From assembly GCA_964504365.1 (NCBI GenBank), contig CAZDDW010000005.1, forward strand, positions 1,630 through 65,629: a DNA stretch of 64,000 nt, in the 5' to 3' direction. This DNA comes from an uncultured Gammaproteobacteria bacterium (GTDB lineage: Bacteria > Patescibacteriota > Patescibacteriia > UBA9934 > CAZDDW01). This document shows, piece after piece, positions 19,385-28,436 of the stretch. Position 1 is the stretch's first letter, and the number at the start of each line of letters is the position of its first letter. Below the pieces are notes generated by a model that saw only the letters and a program-made list of their open reading frames with translations, ran no database searches and had not been told where the DNA came from. Both the position numbers and the translations under genes were made by a program.

Positions 19385-20119
19385 CTAGTCCTTGTCGTTG
19401 TCCTCGGGGATGAAGTCGACGGCGTACAACCGGACCTTGATGTCGTGTTCTCCGGTTTGCTCGACTTTGACCTCGACTATTCCGGCCCAGGCTTGGTTGA
19501 GCAGCAGGATCAGTTCTGTTGCCTGTTCCAGGTTCTCGAAGCCGTAGTTTTCGAGGTCTCTGAATTTGACCGAGAAGTCGTTGCATCCGCCGCGACGAGT
19601 GTTCTCGATCATGTGACTGAGTTCTTCCGGCAGTGTCCACCAGCCGTCGGGCTCGAGAGGGAACCAGCCCTTCTCTTCGGCAAAAGCCTGCAGTTCTTCC
19701 GGGATGCACTCCATCAGCTCCCGAACCATGTTCTCCCAGATTCGCTCGGCCAGGATCTGATGATGCCACTGCTCGTAGTGGGCGGCGGCCAAAGGCTTGG
19801 CCTTGACGTAGTCTCTCCAGCCTTTTTCGAACCAGTCCTTGAGGAGCTGAAGAGCCATCTGTGCCGGCTCGACTCCAGGTGCCAGTTGGATCCCCATGGT
19901 ATTTTCCAGAGTCTCCTCAGGAGTAAGCCGGGCCGCCCACCTGTTTTCGTTGTCCTTGGACAGGGTGATGGTCAGTTCAGAGCCGTGGGAGAGGACCACG
20001 ATTTCGGCTTGCGAGCACTCGGGATCCGCTGTTTCGGGGTGACGCACGTCGAAGATTGTTTCGGGAGGGAAGACGTATCCAGTAATCTTGCGAACCCAAT
20101 CCAAATCCAATTGTTCCAT
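19385..20119 (-). CDS. hypothetical protein, orphan cluster gene 4
   Basis: 244 aa, GGAGA SD, terminator at 19325-19360. Confidence 0.7.
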   Translation of the reverse strand: MEQLDLDWVRKITGYVFPPETIFDVRHPETADPECSQAEIVVLSHGSELTITLSKDNENRWAARLTPEETLENTMGIQLAPGVEPAQMALQLLKDWFEKGWRDYVKAKPLAAAHYEQWHHQILAERIWENMVRELMECIPEELQAFAEEKGWFPLEPDGWWTLPEELSHMIENTRRGGCNDFSVKFRDLENYGFENLEQATELILLLNQAWAGIVEVKVEQTGEHDIKVRLYAVDFIPEDNDKD

Positions 20120-20158
20120 GATTGTTCTCCAGTTTCTTGGCCTAGAAAGGACCGGTTT

Positions 20159-20791
20159 CTATCGGTTCAGTAGTGCCTGGCGGAAAGCCTCGAGGACCTC
20201 GCGCGCGGGTGTTGTGGAATCAAAGCCGTATGTACCCCAGTCTTCATCTGTCCCAAGTAGCGTGGCCTCCCATGGTCCAATGATCCCGTGTGACCTTCTG
20301 AAGCTGAAGCTCACCAGCTCGTACATTTGGACCGTGACCAGGAAGGTGTGCTCGAGTTCCGGGTGTGGCATGACTCGATGGTCTCCACCTTGCCAGACCT
20401 GTCCGACCAGAGCATCGAGCTCATCGCGGGTGATCAAGGGCAGGGCCGGCACTTCGGAATGGTTGGGCGTCGTCGTTTCCTGTTCTCGTCTATCGAGGGC
20501 AAAGGAGGCCAGTTCTCTGATGGCTCCGCTGAGTATTTCGTAGGGGTTGCAGGAACCAAATTTATCGGGGACGACCGTGGGATCCTCGTCGGTATTTGCG
20601 TCGTTGATGGTTGCTGAGAAGACATGACTTCGCCAAGCACCAGAATCGAGTCGTAGACAAAGTCGATATTCGATATCATCGATTACAATGTCAGCGTAGT
20701 AGGCATCAGGTTGTCCAAGGCAACCAACCTTCTTTACGTAGCTAGTGAAGGCGTCTCGGATCTCATTTTCGAAGAAGTGTGAATTCATCAT
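20159..20791 (-). CDS. hypothetical protein, orphan cluster gene 3
   Basis: Likely start MMNSHFF downstream of TTGACA at 20870-20875; C-terminal domain resembles neighbours. Confidence 0.7.
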   Translation of the reverse strand: MMNSHFFENEIRDAFTSYVKKVGCLGQPDAYYADIVIDDIEYRLCLRLDSGAWRSHVFSATINDANTDEDPTVVPDKFGSCNPYEILSGAIRELASFALDRREQETTTPNHSEVPALPLITRDELDALVGQVWQGGDHRVMPHPELEHTFLVTVQMYELVSFSFRRSHGIIGPWEATLLGTDEDWGTYGFDSTTPAREVLEAFRQALLNR

Positions 20792-21035
20792 TGTCTCGGA
20801 TTGTTGCGAGAATTTTATTGTTGAAATGACCGGAAAATTACTAAGCAAGATAACACAAAAATAAGCTCGTGTCAAGGCAAGCAAGCTTATTTGTAGGGTG
20901 TTTCTTGAAATTAAAGAACCCGCAGCGTTGCACTGCGGGTCTGAGCAAAGAAAGGGCCTTGGGGTTGGTCAAGAATACCTGCTCATTGAGATTGTTCGAT
21001 CAGCAATTATTACTAACAAATCTCAAGGTCGCTAT

Positions 21036-21722
21036 CTAGCCCATCAGTCTCTTCTTCAACCCAACCAGGATTTCTCTGGCCGAGGTGCTGTGATCCGTGG
21101 CACTTTCCAGGAATTTGCTCTGTGGCTCGTGGGCTCTCCACTGGCCGAGCGAAACGCTCATCTCGATGGTCATCAGCTCGAACATGAAGACATCGGCCTT
21201 GAACACCGGAGCTGCATCCGCACCTTCGTTCCTGGTAGCACGCACGTCATCGAAGACCTGCCTGACAGCAGTGTCGAACTGCTCCAGGGTCATGGGCGGA
21301 GGCGCGGGCAACTCTTCGCTCACGGGCGCTGCCGGCCGGCTTGCCTTCCTTGGTGCCGGGCTGGTGCTCTTGCCTTCGCGCAACGGGATGCGGGTGAGCA
21401 CACCATCTTCGGCAATCACACCTTCGGGCGTGACCTGGAAGAGCCAATCGTTGATCTGGATGTAGCACTGACGATCACGGTGACCGTACCAGAGATCGAC
21501 TACACCGTAATGGGCCGAAACACTGGCCGCGCTCAGGTACATGTATGGATCGCGGCGGGTTCCGCTGCCTCTTTCGTAAGGCTGTCCGGTGGATCCCTTG
21601 GAGTACCGACGATGCCGCCGTCTGGCGTCGTAGACATGATCCGGTTTGAGCGTGGTCGTCTGACCCTTGTGCGATGCGTGGATGTTCGGGGCTCGTGCTT
21701 GTGTTTCTCCGAAAGTCGGCAT
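21036..21722 (-). CDS. hypothetical protein, orphan cluster gene 2
   Basis: AAGGAG SD; C-terminal domain paralogous to 21863-22555. Confidence 0.72.
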   Translation of the reverse strand: MPTFGETQARAPNIHASHKGQTTTLKPDHVYDARRRHRRYSKGSTGQPYERGSGTRRDPYMYLSAASVSAHYGVVDLWYGHRDRQCYIQINDWLFQVTPEGVIAEDGVLTRIPLREGKSTSPAPRKASRPAAPVSEELPAPPPMTLEQFDTAVRQVFDDVRATRNEGADAAPVFKADVFMFELMTIEMSVSLGQWRAHEPQSKFLESATDHSTSAREILVGLKKRLMG

Positions 21723-21862
21723 GGCTAGCTCCTTTGATTGGGTTGCAAGAATCGTGTTAGGAATGAACAGAAATAGATATCAGCATAGCATGAATAAGCC
21801 CGTTTGTCAAGGCAATTAAAACACCCCCACCGTTTCGTCCGGCGGGGGCGTTTGTTCTGGCT

Positions 21863-22555
21863 CTAGCCCATCAGTTTTGCTTTCAGGGCTTTGAGCACGT
21901 CGTACGGCGTGGTATCAGCTGACTCGGCGTGGACGCGGGTATTGCTCACAGGCTCGCGGGCCAGCCACTTGCCGTGCCAGAGACTGAGCTCGATGGTAAC
22001 TGGATCCATCATGACCACCTCAGCCATGAAGGTTGTTCTTTCCAGCCTTGGGCCTCGAACGTCGTTGAAGACCCGCTCGATTGCGGCTGTGAACTGGTCC
22101 AGGCTGAGCTTGTCTTGAGCAACCGGCTCAGGCTCGTTCTTGGGCAAGGGCTTGGCCGTCGTACTTGTGGCCGATGCCTTTTTCCGCCTGTTCGTTGGCG
22201 GTGGCACCCAGGGCGTAACCGCACCACGCATTGGTGCACTTGGCTGGGAGGGTCGAGGACTGGGCTGCGGACGTCCACCAAATTCAAGTACTGTTTTCAG
22301 ACTGACCAAAGCCATCCTGGATGACGACTGACCAGAAACCAGTGCTGGGTAAGGGTTGCCTGGAGCAACTTCCCAAGCAGCCCAGCTGTTAGGAGTTATC
22401 TCAGCTAGCTCGATCGTAACGTTTCTGCCAGCGACAACGACTTCTGCTTGAGGGATCCAGTTGCTACCAAGCGCGATGGTGTGTATTGAGACAACGTGCG
22501 CAAAGATCGCCCTGACTTCTGCTTCGAACCACCTGAGTATTTTGCTCTGGCTCAT
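21863..22555 (-). CDS. hypothetical protein, orphan cluster gene 1
   Basis: Likely start MSQSKIL; Pro-rich linker; ends LKAKLMG like the neighbour's LKKRLMG. Confidence 0.72.
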   Translation of the reverse strand: MSQSKILRWFEAEVRAIFAHVVSIHTIALGSNWIPQAEVVVAGRNVTIELAEITPNSWAAWEVAPGNPYPALVSGQSSSRMALVSLKTVLEFGGRPQPSPRPSQPSAPMRGAVTPWVPPPTNRRKKASATSTTAKPLPKNEPEPVAQDKLSLDQFTAAIERVFNDVRGPRLERTTFMAEVVMMDPVTIELSLWHGKWLAREPVSNTRVHAESADTTPYDVLKALKAKLMG

Positions 22556-22674
22556 GATTGATTCCTGTTGGTTGATTGAATAGAACGAAGAAACCAGCAT
22601 AGCAATTTTTGTGCCGCTTGTCAAGCTTATACACTAGTTGTTTAAGCTTGATTATGTTAAACTGAATCCATTGT

Positions 22675-24054
22675 ATGCAGCTCAAACTCTACAACACTCT
22701 CACAAGAAAAAAAGAGATATTTAAGCCAATAACTAAGGGAAAGGTTGGGTTATACACATGTGGCCCGACTGTTTATTGGTTTGCTCATATTGGGAATATG
22801 CGTTCTTATATTTTTGCAGATCTGTTGCGTCGCACGCTTGAGTATAATGATCTCAAGGTCAAGCAAATAATGAACGTGACTGATGTAGGACATTTAACAA
22901 GTGATGAAGATGAGGGTGAAGACAAGATGATTATTGCTATGCGTCGTGAAGGAAAGTCGGCTTATGATGTTGCTGGGTTTTATGCGACTAAGTTTTTTCA
23001 AGATTTGAAGTCGTTGAATGTTAAAGAAGCAACTGAGTATCCGCGAGCCACTGATCACATTAAGGAGCAGATCGATTTGGTCAAGAAATTAGAAGAGAAA
23101 GAATTTACTTATCGCACTGATGATGGGATTTATTTTGATACTTCGAAGCTGAAAGATTATGGCAAGTTGTCTAAGCAGTCGGCTAAGGACAAGAAAGCTG
23201 GTGCGCGGACTGAGATGCGTGACAAAAAGAATCCAACTGACTTTGCTTTATGGAAGTTTTCGCCAGAAGGTGAGAAGCGAGAAATGGAATGGGATTCGCC
23301 TTGGGGAGTTGGTTTTCCTGGTTGGCATTTAGAATGTTCAGCCATGTCTGTTAAGTATCTTGGCATCCCGTTTGATATTCATACTGGCGGTGTGGATCAC
23401 ATTGCTGTACATCATGAGAACGAGATTGCACAATCTGCCGGTGCTTTTGATGAATTGCAGGCAAATGTTTGGATGCACAACGAATTCATCGCTGTTGATG
23501 ACACTAAAATGTCAAAGTCGCTTGGTAATTTGTATTTGGTTGATGATTTAGAAAAGAAAGGTTTTGAGCCATTGGCTTATCGATACTTTTTGCTCGGGGC
23601 ACACTATCGGACAAAGCAGAATTTTACTTGGGAAGCTGTCGAGGCTGCACAGAATGCTTTGAATAATTTGCGCGACGCAGTGCGAGATTGGGACAAACCA
23701 AAGGGTGCTTGTGCCGAGTGTGAGAAGAGGTTCTTAAGCGCAGTTAATGATGACTTGGATATGCCTAAGGCTTTGTCGATAGCTTGGAAATTAGTTCAGA
23801 AAGAAGAAAAGCCAACTGCGGCACGAGCTGCTTCGTTATTAAAGTTTGATCAGATTCTTGGGCTCAGGCTTGATAAATATGTGGCCAAGCCTCTTAAAGT
23901 TCCAACCAAGGTTAAGGTGTTAGTTGAAGCTCGAGAAAAAGCACGCGAAGAAAAAGATTTTGCCAAAGCCGATGAAGTTCGAGACAAGATCGAAGAGGCT
24001 GGGTTTATTGTTGAAGACGCTGCAGACGGCAGCAAGCTGCGCGAGAAACACTAA
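22675..24054 (+). CDS. cysS: cysteine--tRNA ligase
   Basis: YTCGPTVY, HIGN, PGWHLECSAM, KMSKS. Confidence 0.97.
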   Translation: MQLKLYNTLTRKKEIFKPITKGKVGLYTCGPTVYWFAHIGNMRSYIFADLLRRTLEYNDLKVKQIMNVTDVGHLTSDEDEGEDKMIIAMRREGKSAYDVAGFYATKFFQDLKSLNVKEATEYPRATDHIKEQIDLVKKLEEKEFTYRTDDGIYFDTSKLKDYGKLSKQSAKDKKAGARTEMRDKKNPTDFALWKFSPEGEKREMEWDSPWGVGFPGWHLECSAMSVKYLGIPFDIHTGGVDHIAVHHENEIAQSAGAFDELQANVWMHNEFIAVDDTKMSKSLGNLYLVDDLEKKGFEPLAYRYFLLGAHYRTKQNFTWEAVEAAQNALNNLRDAVRDWDKPKGACAECEKRFLSAVNDDLDMPKALSIAWKLVQKEEKPTAARAASLLKFDQILGLRLDKYVAKPLKVPTKVKVLVEAREKAREEKDFAKADEVRDKIEEAGFIVEDAADGSKLREKH

Positions 24055-24077
24055 TTTATGCTACAATAAAGCTATCT

Positions 24078-24596
24078 ATGCCTAATCCGTTGCGGAAAAA
24101 TACAGCCGAAGAAGTAAAGCCAGAGGTTGCACCCGTTGCTAAGCCTGAAGTTGAGGTAAAAAAGGAGGTTGCTGAAAAACCAGTGGAAGCGCCTAAGGAA
24201 GTTAGAAAAGACGATGAGGTTGCTGAGGTGTCACGTAAGGCTGCGCCGGCCCAAGCGAAGGATGATCAGGTAAGTGTTCTTCCTGAAGAAGACGCGCTGA
24301 CCGAAGAGGTTGAGGATATTTTAGAAGAAGATTTGGACGAAATGTATCATCAGTTACCACCGGACAAACAGCTTGAATTCAAGACTAAAGGTGAAGAAAC
24401 GGTTGGAATGATTACTCAGATGGTTGAATCAACTAAAGTGAAGAGTGGTAAGATTGTTGGCTGGATCAAGGGTTGGTTAAAGTTGATTCCAGGAGTAAAT
24501 AAATTTTTCTTAGAACAAGAGGCAAAAATAAAAACAGATAAAATTCTCTTACTTGCTGATGAAGAAAAAAAGAAGCGGGGAGAGATGATTGATTAA
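24078..24596 (+). CDS. hypothetical protein
   Basis: 172 aa; C-terminal WLKLIPGVNKFFLEQEAKIKTD; overlaps the next gene. Confidence 0.8.
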   Translation: MPNPLRKNTAEEVKPEVAPVAKPEVEVKKEVAEKPVEAPKEVRKDDEVAEVSRKAAPAQAKDDQVSVLPEEDALTEEVEDILEEDLDEMYHQLPPDKQLEFKTKGEETVGMITQMVESTKVKSGKIVGWIKGWLKLIPGVNKFFLEQEAKIKTDKILLLADEEKKKRGEMID

Positions 24597-27159
24597 CATG
24601 ATTTTGCAAGCACAATTTGGTATTGAACAAACGGCTGAGCTAGGGTTAGCTCCTGACCTAACTGGTCAGGCCACATCCTTGCTTCCGTTTTTGATCGTTC
24701 TGGCTGTCCTGGCAGTTATTTTTATTATTGTTTTATTTTCAGTACGTGCTTGGTTACGACGTCGAACTCGCGCCCATGGAGCCTCGTTTGAGCGTGTTGT
24801 TATTCTGGTGGCTATTCCAAAGTTTAAGAGTCAAGAAGATACTAAAAAGGAAGGCACACAGGATGTTCAGCAGCTTATTGATGATGCGGAAAGTTTTTTT
24901 GCAGCTGTTGGTGGATTAAAATCTCAAAAGGGAATTGTTAAATGGTTTACAGGTCGCAATGATGCAATGACTTTTGAAATCGTCACCCATGAAGGGCTGA
25001 CTAAATTTTATTTTTCTGTTCCGCGATCGGTAAAAGATTATGTTGAAGAGCAGTTGTTGGCCCGTTATCCAGATGCACATATTGAGGAAATGGAAGATTT
25101 TAATATTTTTAATCCAACCGGAGCGATTGTTGGTAGTTATCTAACTTTCAAGCGCCCATACGCCTTTCCGATCAAGACTTATAAGAAAATGGAGAACGAT
25201 CCGCTGGATGGTCTAACAAATGCACTTTCTAAAGTGCCTAAGGATGCTGGTGTGGCGATTCAGTTTGTTGCTCGTTCAGCGCGGCCGGAATGGCGTAAGC
25301 GTGGTTTGAAAATTGCCCGTAGCATGCAGCAAGGAATGAAAATGGAAGATGCTATTAAGGGTAAGAAGAAAGGGAAGAAGGGTGTTGTTCAGGATCTGTT
25401 TGGTTCAACCAAGCCAGAACAACAAGTCGAAAAAACTCCGTATCGATTGTCACCGTTGGAAGAAGAGGCGGTAAAGGGCCTTGAGGAAAAGGCGTCCAAG
25501 GCTGGTCTGAGTTTGAATGTGCGCATTGTTGCTTCATCACAAAATGCAGCTGCTGCTCAACAAGCGTTAAATAATGTCATTTCTTCTTTTGCCCAATACA
25601 ACGTTTATCAGTTTGGAAATAATTTTTCAAAAAAGGTTCCGCGTTCTGCAAAACGGATTGTCCGTGATTTTATTTATCGACATTTTGATGAGAAGTTTAA
25701 GATTGTTGTTAACGCGGAAGAGATGGCTAGTTTGTGGCACTTGCCACTACCAACCACAGAAACACCGAACATTCACTGGCTTGGTGCTCGCCGTGCATCT
25801 GCACCGCCAACTGTGCCAAGCGAAGGTGATTTGTATTTAGGAATAAATGAGTTCCGTGGAATTAAAAAGAAATGTTACATGAAACGCGCCGACCGGCAGC
25901 GACACATGTATATCATTGGTAAATCTGGTACTGGTAAATCTGTTTCCATGCGCAGCATGATTGTTCAAGATATTAAGAATGGTGAAGGTGTTTGTGTTGT
26001 TGATCCTCATGGTGATTTGGTAGAATCCGTTCTCGGACACATTCCTGAAGAACGCATTGATGATGTTATTGTTTTTAATCCAAGTGATTTAGAACGTCCA
26101 ATGGGATTGAACATGTTAGAGGCTAAGGGTCCGGATCAGATGGACTTTGTGGTGCAGGAGATGATTGCTATTTTCTATATGTTGTTCCCACCGGAAATGA
26201 TTGGGCCATTGTTTGAGCACTACATGCGAAACGTTATGCTGACCTTAATGTCTGACCAGGAAAATCCAGGTACGATCGTTGAAATTCCACGCATGTTCTC
26301 TGACCAAACGTTTGCTGATGGTTGGATTAAGAAGGTTAAAGATCCGGTTGTTCGAGCTTATTGGGAAAAAGAAATGGCCAAGACTTCAGATTTTCACAAG
26401 TCTGAAATGCTTGGTTATCTGATTTCCAAAGTTGGTCGTTTTGTTGGAAACGAAATGATGCGTAACATCATCGGACAATCAAAATCAGCTTTTGATTTTC
26501 GTGAAGTGATGGATAAACAAAAGATTTTACTGGTGAATTTGTCTAAAGGTAAAACTGGTGAGGTCAACTCAAGTTTGCTCGGAATGATTATTGTTTCTAA
26601 GTTGCAGATGGCCGCTATGGGCCGGGCAGACATGCCAGAAGAAGAGCGCAAAGATTTTTACTTGTACATGGATGAGTTTCAGAACTTTGTCACTGAATCG
26701 ATCGCCACGATTCTGTCTGAGGCTCGTAAGTATCGTTTAGATCTGATCATGGCTCACCAGTATTTGGGACAGTTGATTAGTGAAGGTGGAAAGACTGAGG
26801 TGCGTGATGCAGTGCTTGGTAACGTGGGAACAATGATGGTTTGTCGTGTTGGTGTAGAAGATACAGAGGTTTTGGCCAAAGAGTACGAACCAGTATTTTC
26901 TGGGTATGATTTGGTAAATGCAGACAAGTTTACTTGGTACGTAAAGATGATTGTGGATAATTCTACACAAAAGCCATTTACCATGAAAAGTCCTTGGACA
27001 GACAATGGAGACACTAAGTTGGCAGAGTCAATCAAGGAGCTTTCCCGCTTAAAATACGGTCGAGACAGGGGAGTTGTTGAGGCTGATATTATGGAACGCA
27101 CGCAGCTTGGAGCAACGAATACCGCACCTCCGCCACCAACTGGGGAGAGTACGGCCTAG
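24589..27159 (+). CDS. VirD4/TraD-like coupling ATPase (HerA/FtsK superfamily) with N-terminal TM
   Basis: HMYIIGKSGTGKS, VVDPHGDL, LYMDEFQNF, ILSEARKYRL..AHQY. Confidence 0.85.
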   Translation: MINMILQAQFGIEQTAELGLAPDLTGQATSLLPFLIVLAVLAVIFIIVLFSVRAWLRRRTRAHGASFERVVILVAIPKFKSQEDTKKEGTQDVQQLIDDAESFFAAVGGLKSQKGIVKWFTGRNDAMTFEIVTHEGLTKFYFSVPRSVKDYVEEQLLARYPDAHIEEMEDFNIFNPTGAIVGSYLTFKRPYAFPIKTYKKMENDPLDGLTNALSKVPKDAGVAIQFVARSARPEWRKRGLKIARSMQQGMKMEDAIKGKKKGKKGVVQDLFGSTKPEQQVEKTPYRLSPLEEEAVKGLEEKASKAGLSLNVRIVASSQNAAAAQQALNNVISSFAQYNVYQFGNNFSKKVPRSAKRIVRDFIYRHFDEKFKIVVNAEEMASLWHLPLPTTETPNIHWLGARRASAPPTVPSEGDLYLGINEFRGIKKKCYMKRADRQRHMYIIGKSGTGKSVSMRSMIVQDIKNGEGVCVVDPHGDLVESVLGHIPEERIDDVIVFNPSDLERPMGLNMLEAKGPDQMDFVVQEMIAIFYMLFPPEMIGPLFEHYMRNVMLTLMSDQENPGTIVEIPRMFSDQTFADGWIKKVKDPVVRAYWEKEMAKTSDFHKSEMLGYLISKVGRFVGNEMMRNIIGQSKSAFDFREVMDKQKILLVNLSKGKTGEVNSSLLGMIIVSKLQMAAMGRADMPEEERKDFYLYMDEFQNFVTESIATILSEARKYRLDLIMAHQYLGQLISEGGKTEVRDAVLGNVGTMMVCRVGVEDTEVLAKEYEPVFSGYDLVNADKFTWYVKMIVDNSTQKPFTMKSPWTDNGDTKLAESIKELSRLKYGRDRGVVEADIMERTQLGATNTAPPPPTGESTA

Positions 27160-27210
27160 AATTGTGGTATAATAATTGCAATCGAAACAAAAGAAAACAG
27201 AAATCAAACT

Positions 27211-27828
27211 ATGGATTACGAGGAGGAAGAACTGGAGGGTTTTTCACCTGAACCAGATTTCGAGGATGAATCGCCCGGGGACGGCATTGATCCACGAACC
27301 GAGTTAGCCAAACAAATTTTAACGCAAGTTCACGAGACAATTGGGAACGTTATAAATTTGCTTGAAGGCGGCTCTGTTGAAGCTGGTAGACAGCAGCTGA
27401 CTGATTTGATTACTTCAAAACAAGGTTTGGCTTCTGCAGCCGGAGGAAATGCAGGACAAGTTGTTGAAGGTGTTTTTGATGGACAGAACATGGTTGGTTC
27501 TGATGGTAAGACTTACACAGTGCCAGCAAATTACGCTAGTAAATCTCGATTAGTCGAAGGTGACATTTTGAAGCTCGTTATCAAGGATGACGGGGCTTTT
27601 GTTTTTAAACAGATCGGTCCGATTGAGCGACGACGGGAAACAGGAAAGTTGGCTTATGATGCAGCTACTGGCGGGCATGTAGTAATGGGAGAGGATGATC
27701 AGACTTGGAAGGTGATTACTGCGTCCGTGACATTCTTTAAAGGTGAGCCAGGGGATGAGGCCGTGGTCTTGGTACCAAAGTCAACACCTTCAACCTGGGC
27801 TGCGCTTGAGAACATTGTGAAGAAATAG
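27211..27828 (+). CDS. hypothetical protein
   Basis: 205 aa; EGVFDGQNMVG..Y.VPANYASKSRLVEGD. Confidence 0.8.
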   Translation: MDYEEEELEGFSPEPDFEDESPGDGIDPRTELAKQILTQVHETIGNVINLLEGGSVEAGRQQLTDLITSKQGLASAAGGNAGQVVEGVFDGQNMVGSDGKTYTVPANYASKSRLVEGDILKLVIKDDGAFVFKQIGPIERRRETGKLAYDAATGGHVVMGEDDQTWKVITASVTFFKGEPGDEAVVLVPKSTPSTWAALENIVKK

Positions 27829-27897
27829 GGAATGACAGACTTTAGTCTGTCATGGTCAGAAACGTAGCGGAACCCTTTAGGGTTCCATTTTGTTTTT

Positions 27898-28097
27898 GGC
27901 CGGCCATGAGGACTCAGACATTCTTTTTGTGAGAAACACTCGGCCAGGACTAGGTAAAGTGAAAGAAAGATATCAAGGCCTCGTTCGATGTTCCGCCGGG
28001 ACCGCCACCTTTATGTGATTAAACGAGATGATGGTGTGGGCCCGGCTCCACGTGTTCTCTCAAAAAGAATATCCTCGTCCTTTAATATGGCCGGCCA
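27898..28097. repeat. ~200 bp structured repeat element, copy 2
   Basis: Colinear with 8343-8553; preceded by the same gcggaaccct..agggttcc hairpin. Confidence 0.9.
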
Positions 28098-28299
28098 CCC
28101 ATCTTGCCGTAAGAATAAAATGACGAAGGGTTTTGAATTGAGGTACGATCGGAGGCCGGGCTGCCAATATTTCTTCGAGGTCCCCACAACGGTAATCGTC
28201 CGGCCGACGCCGAGTGAGGCCCGATATCATCCCTTCATCACACCACGAATAGGCCGAACGCTACCACAATCAAAACCCTGAGTCATTCAGTGGCCGGCC
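28088..28299. repeat. divergent inverted copy (copy 4) of the structured element, sharing TGGCCGGCCA with copy 2
   Basis: Reverse complement keeps gccggccac..atgactc..tcggcctattcgt..ggcctc..gccgg..cccggc..tcgtcatt..gtggccggcc. Confidence 0.8.
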
Positions 28300-28436
28300 A
28301 ATAAAGTTAAAGACTGGTAAGCTTAAGAGGCCTTGACAATCGGCCTCTTTTGTGTTATTTTTAAGCGTCTCTTGCACCTGCAAGGGTTGTTCGTTTAACG
28401 GCTTTTTGCCAAAGCAACAAGTTGATTGGAGAAAGA

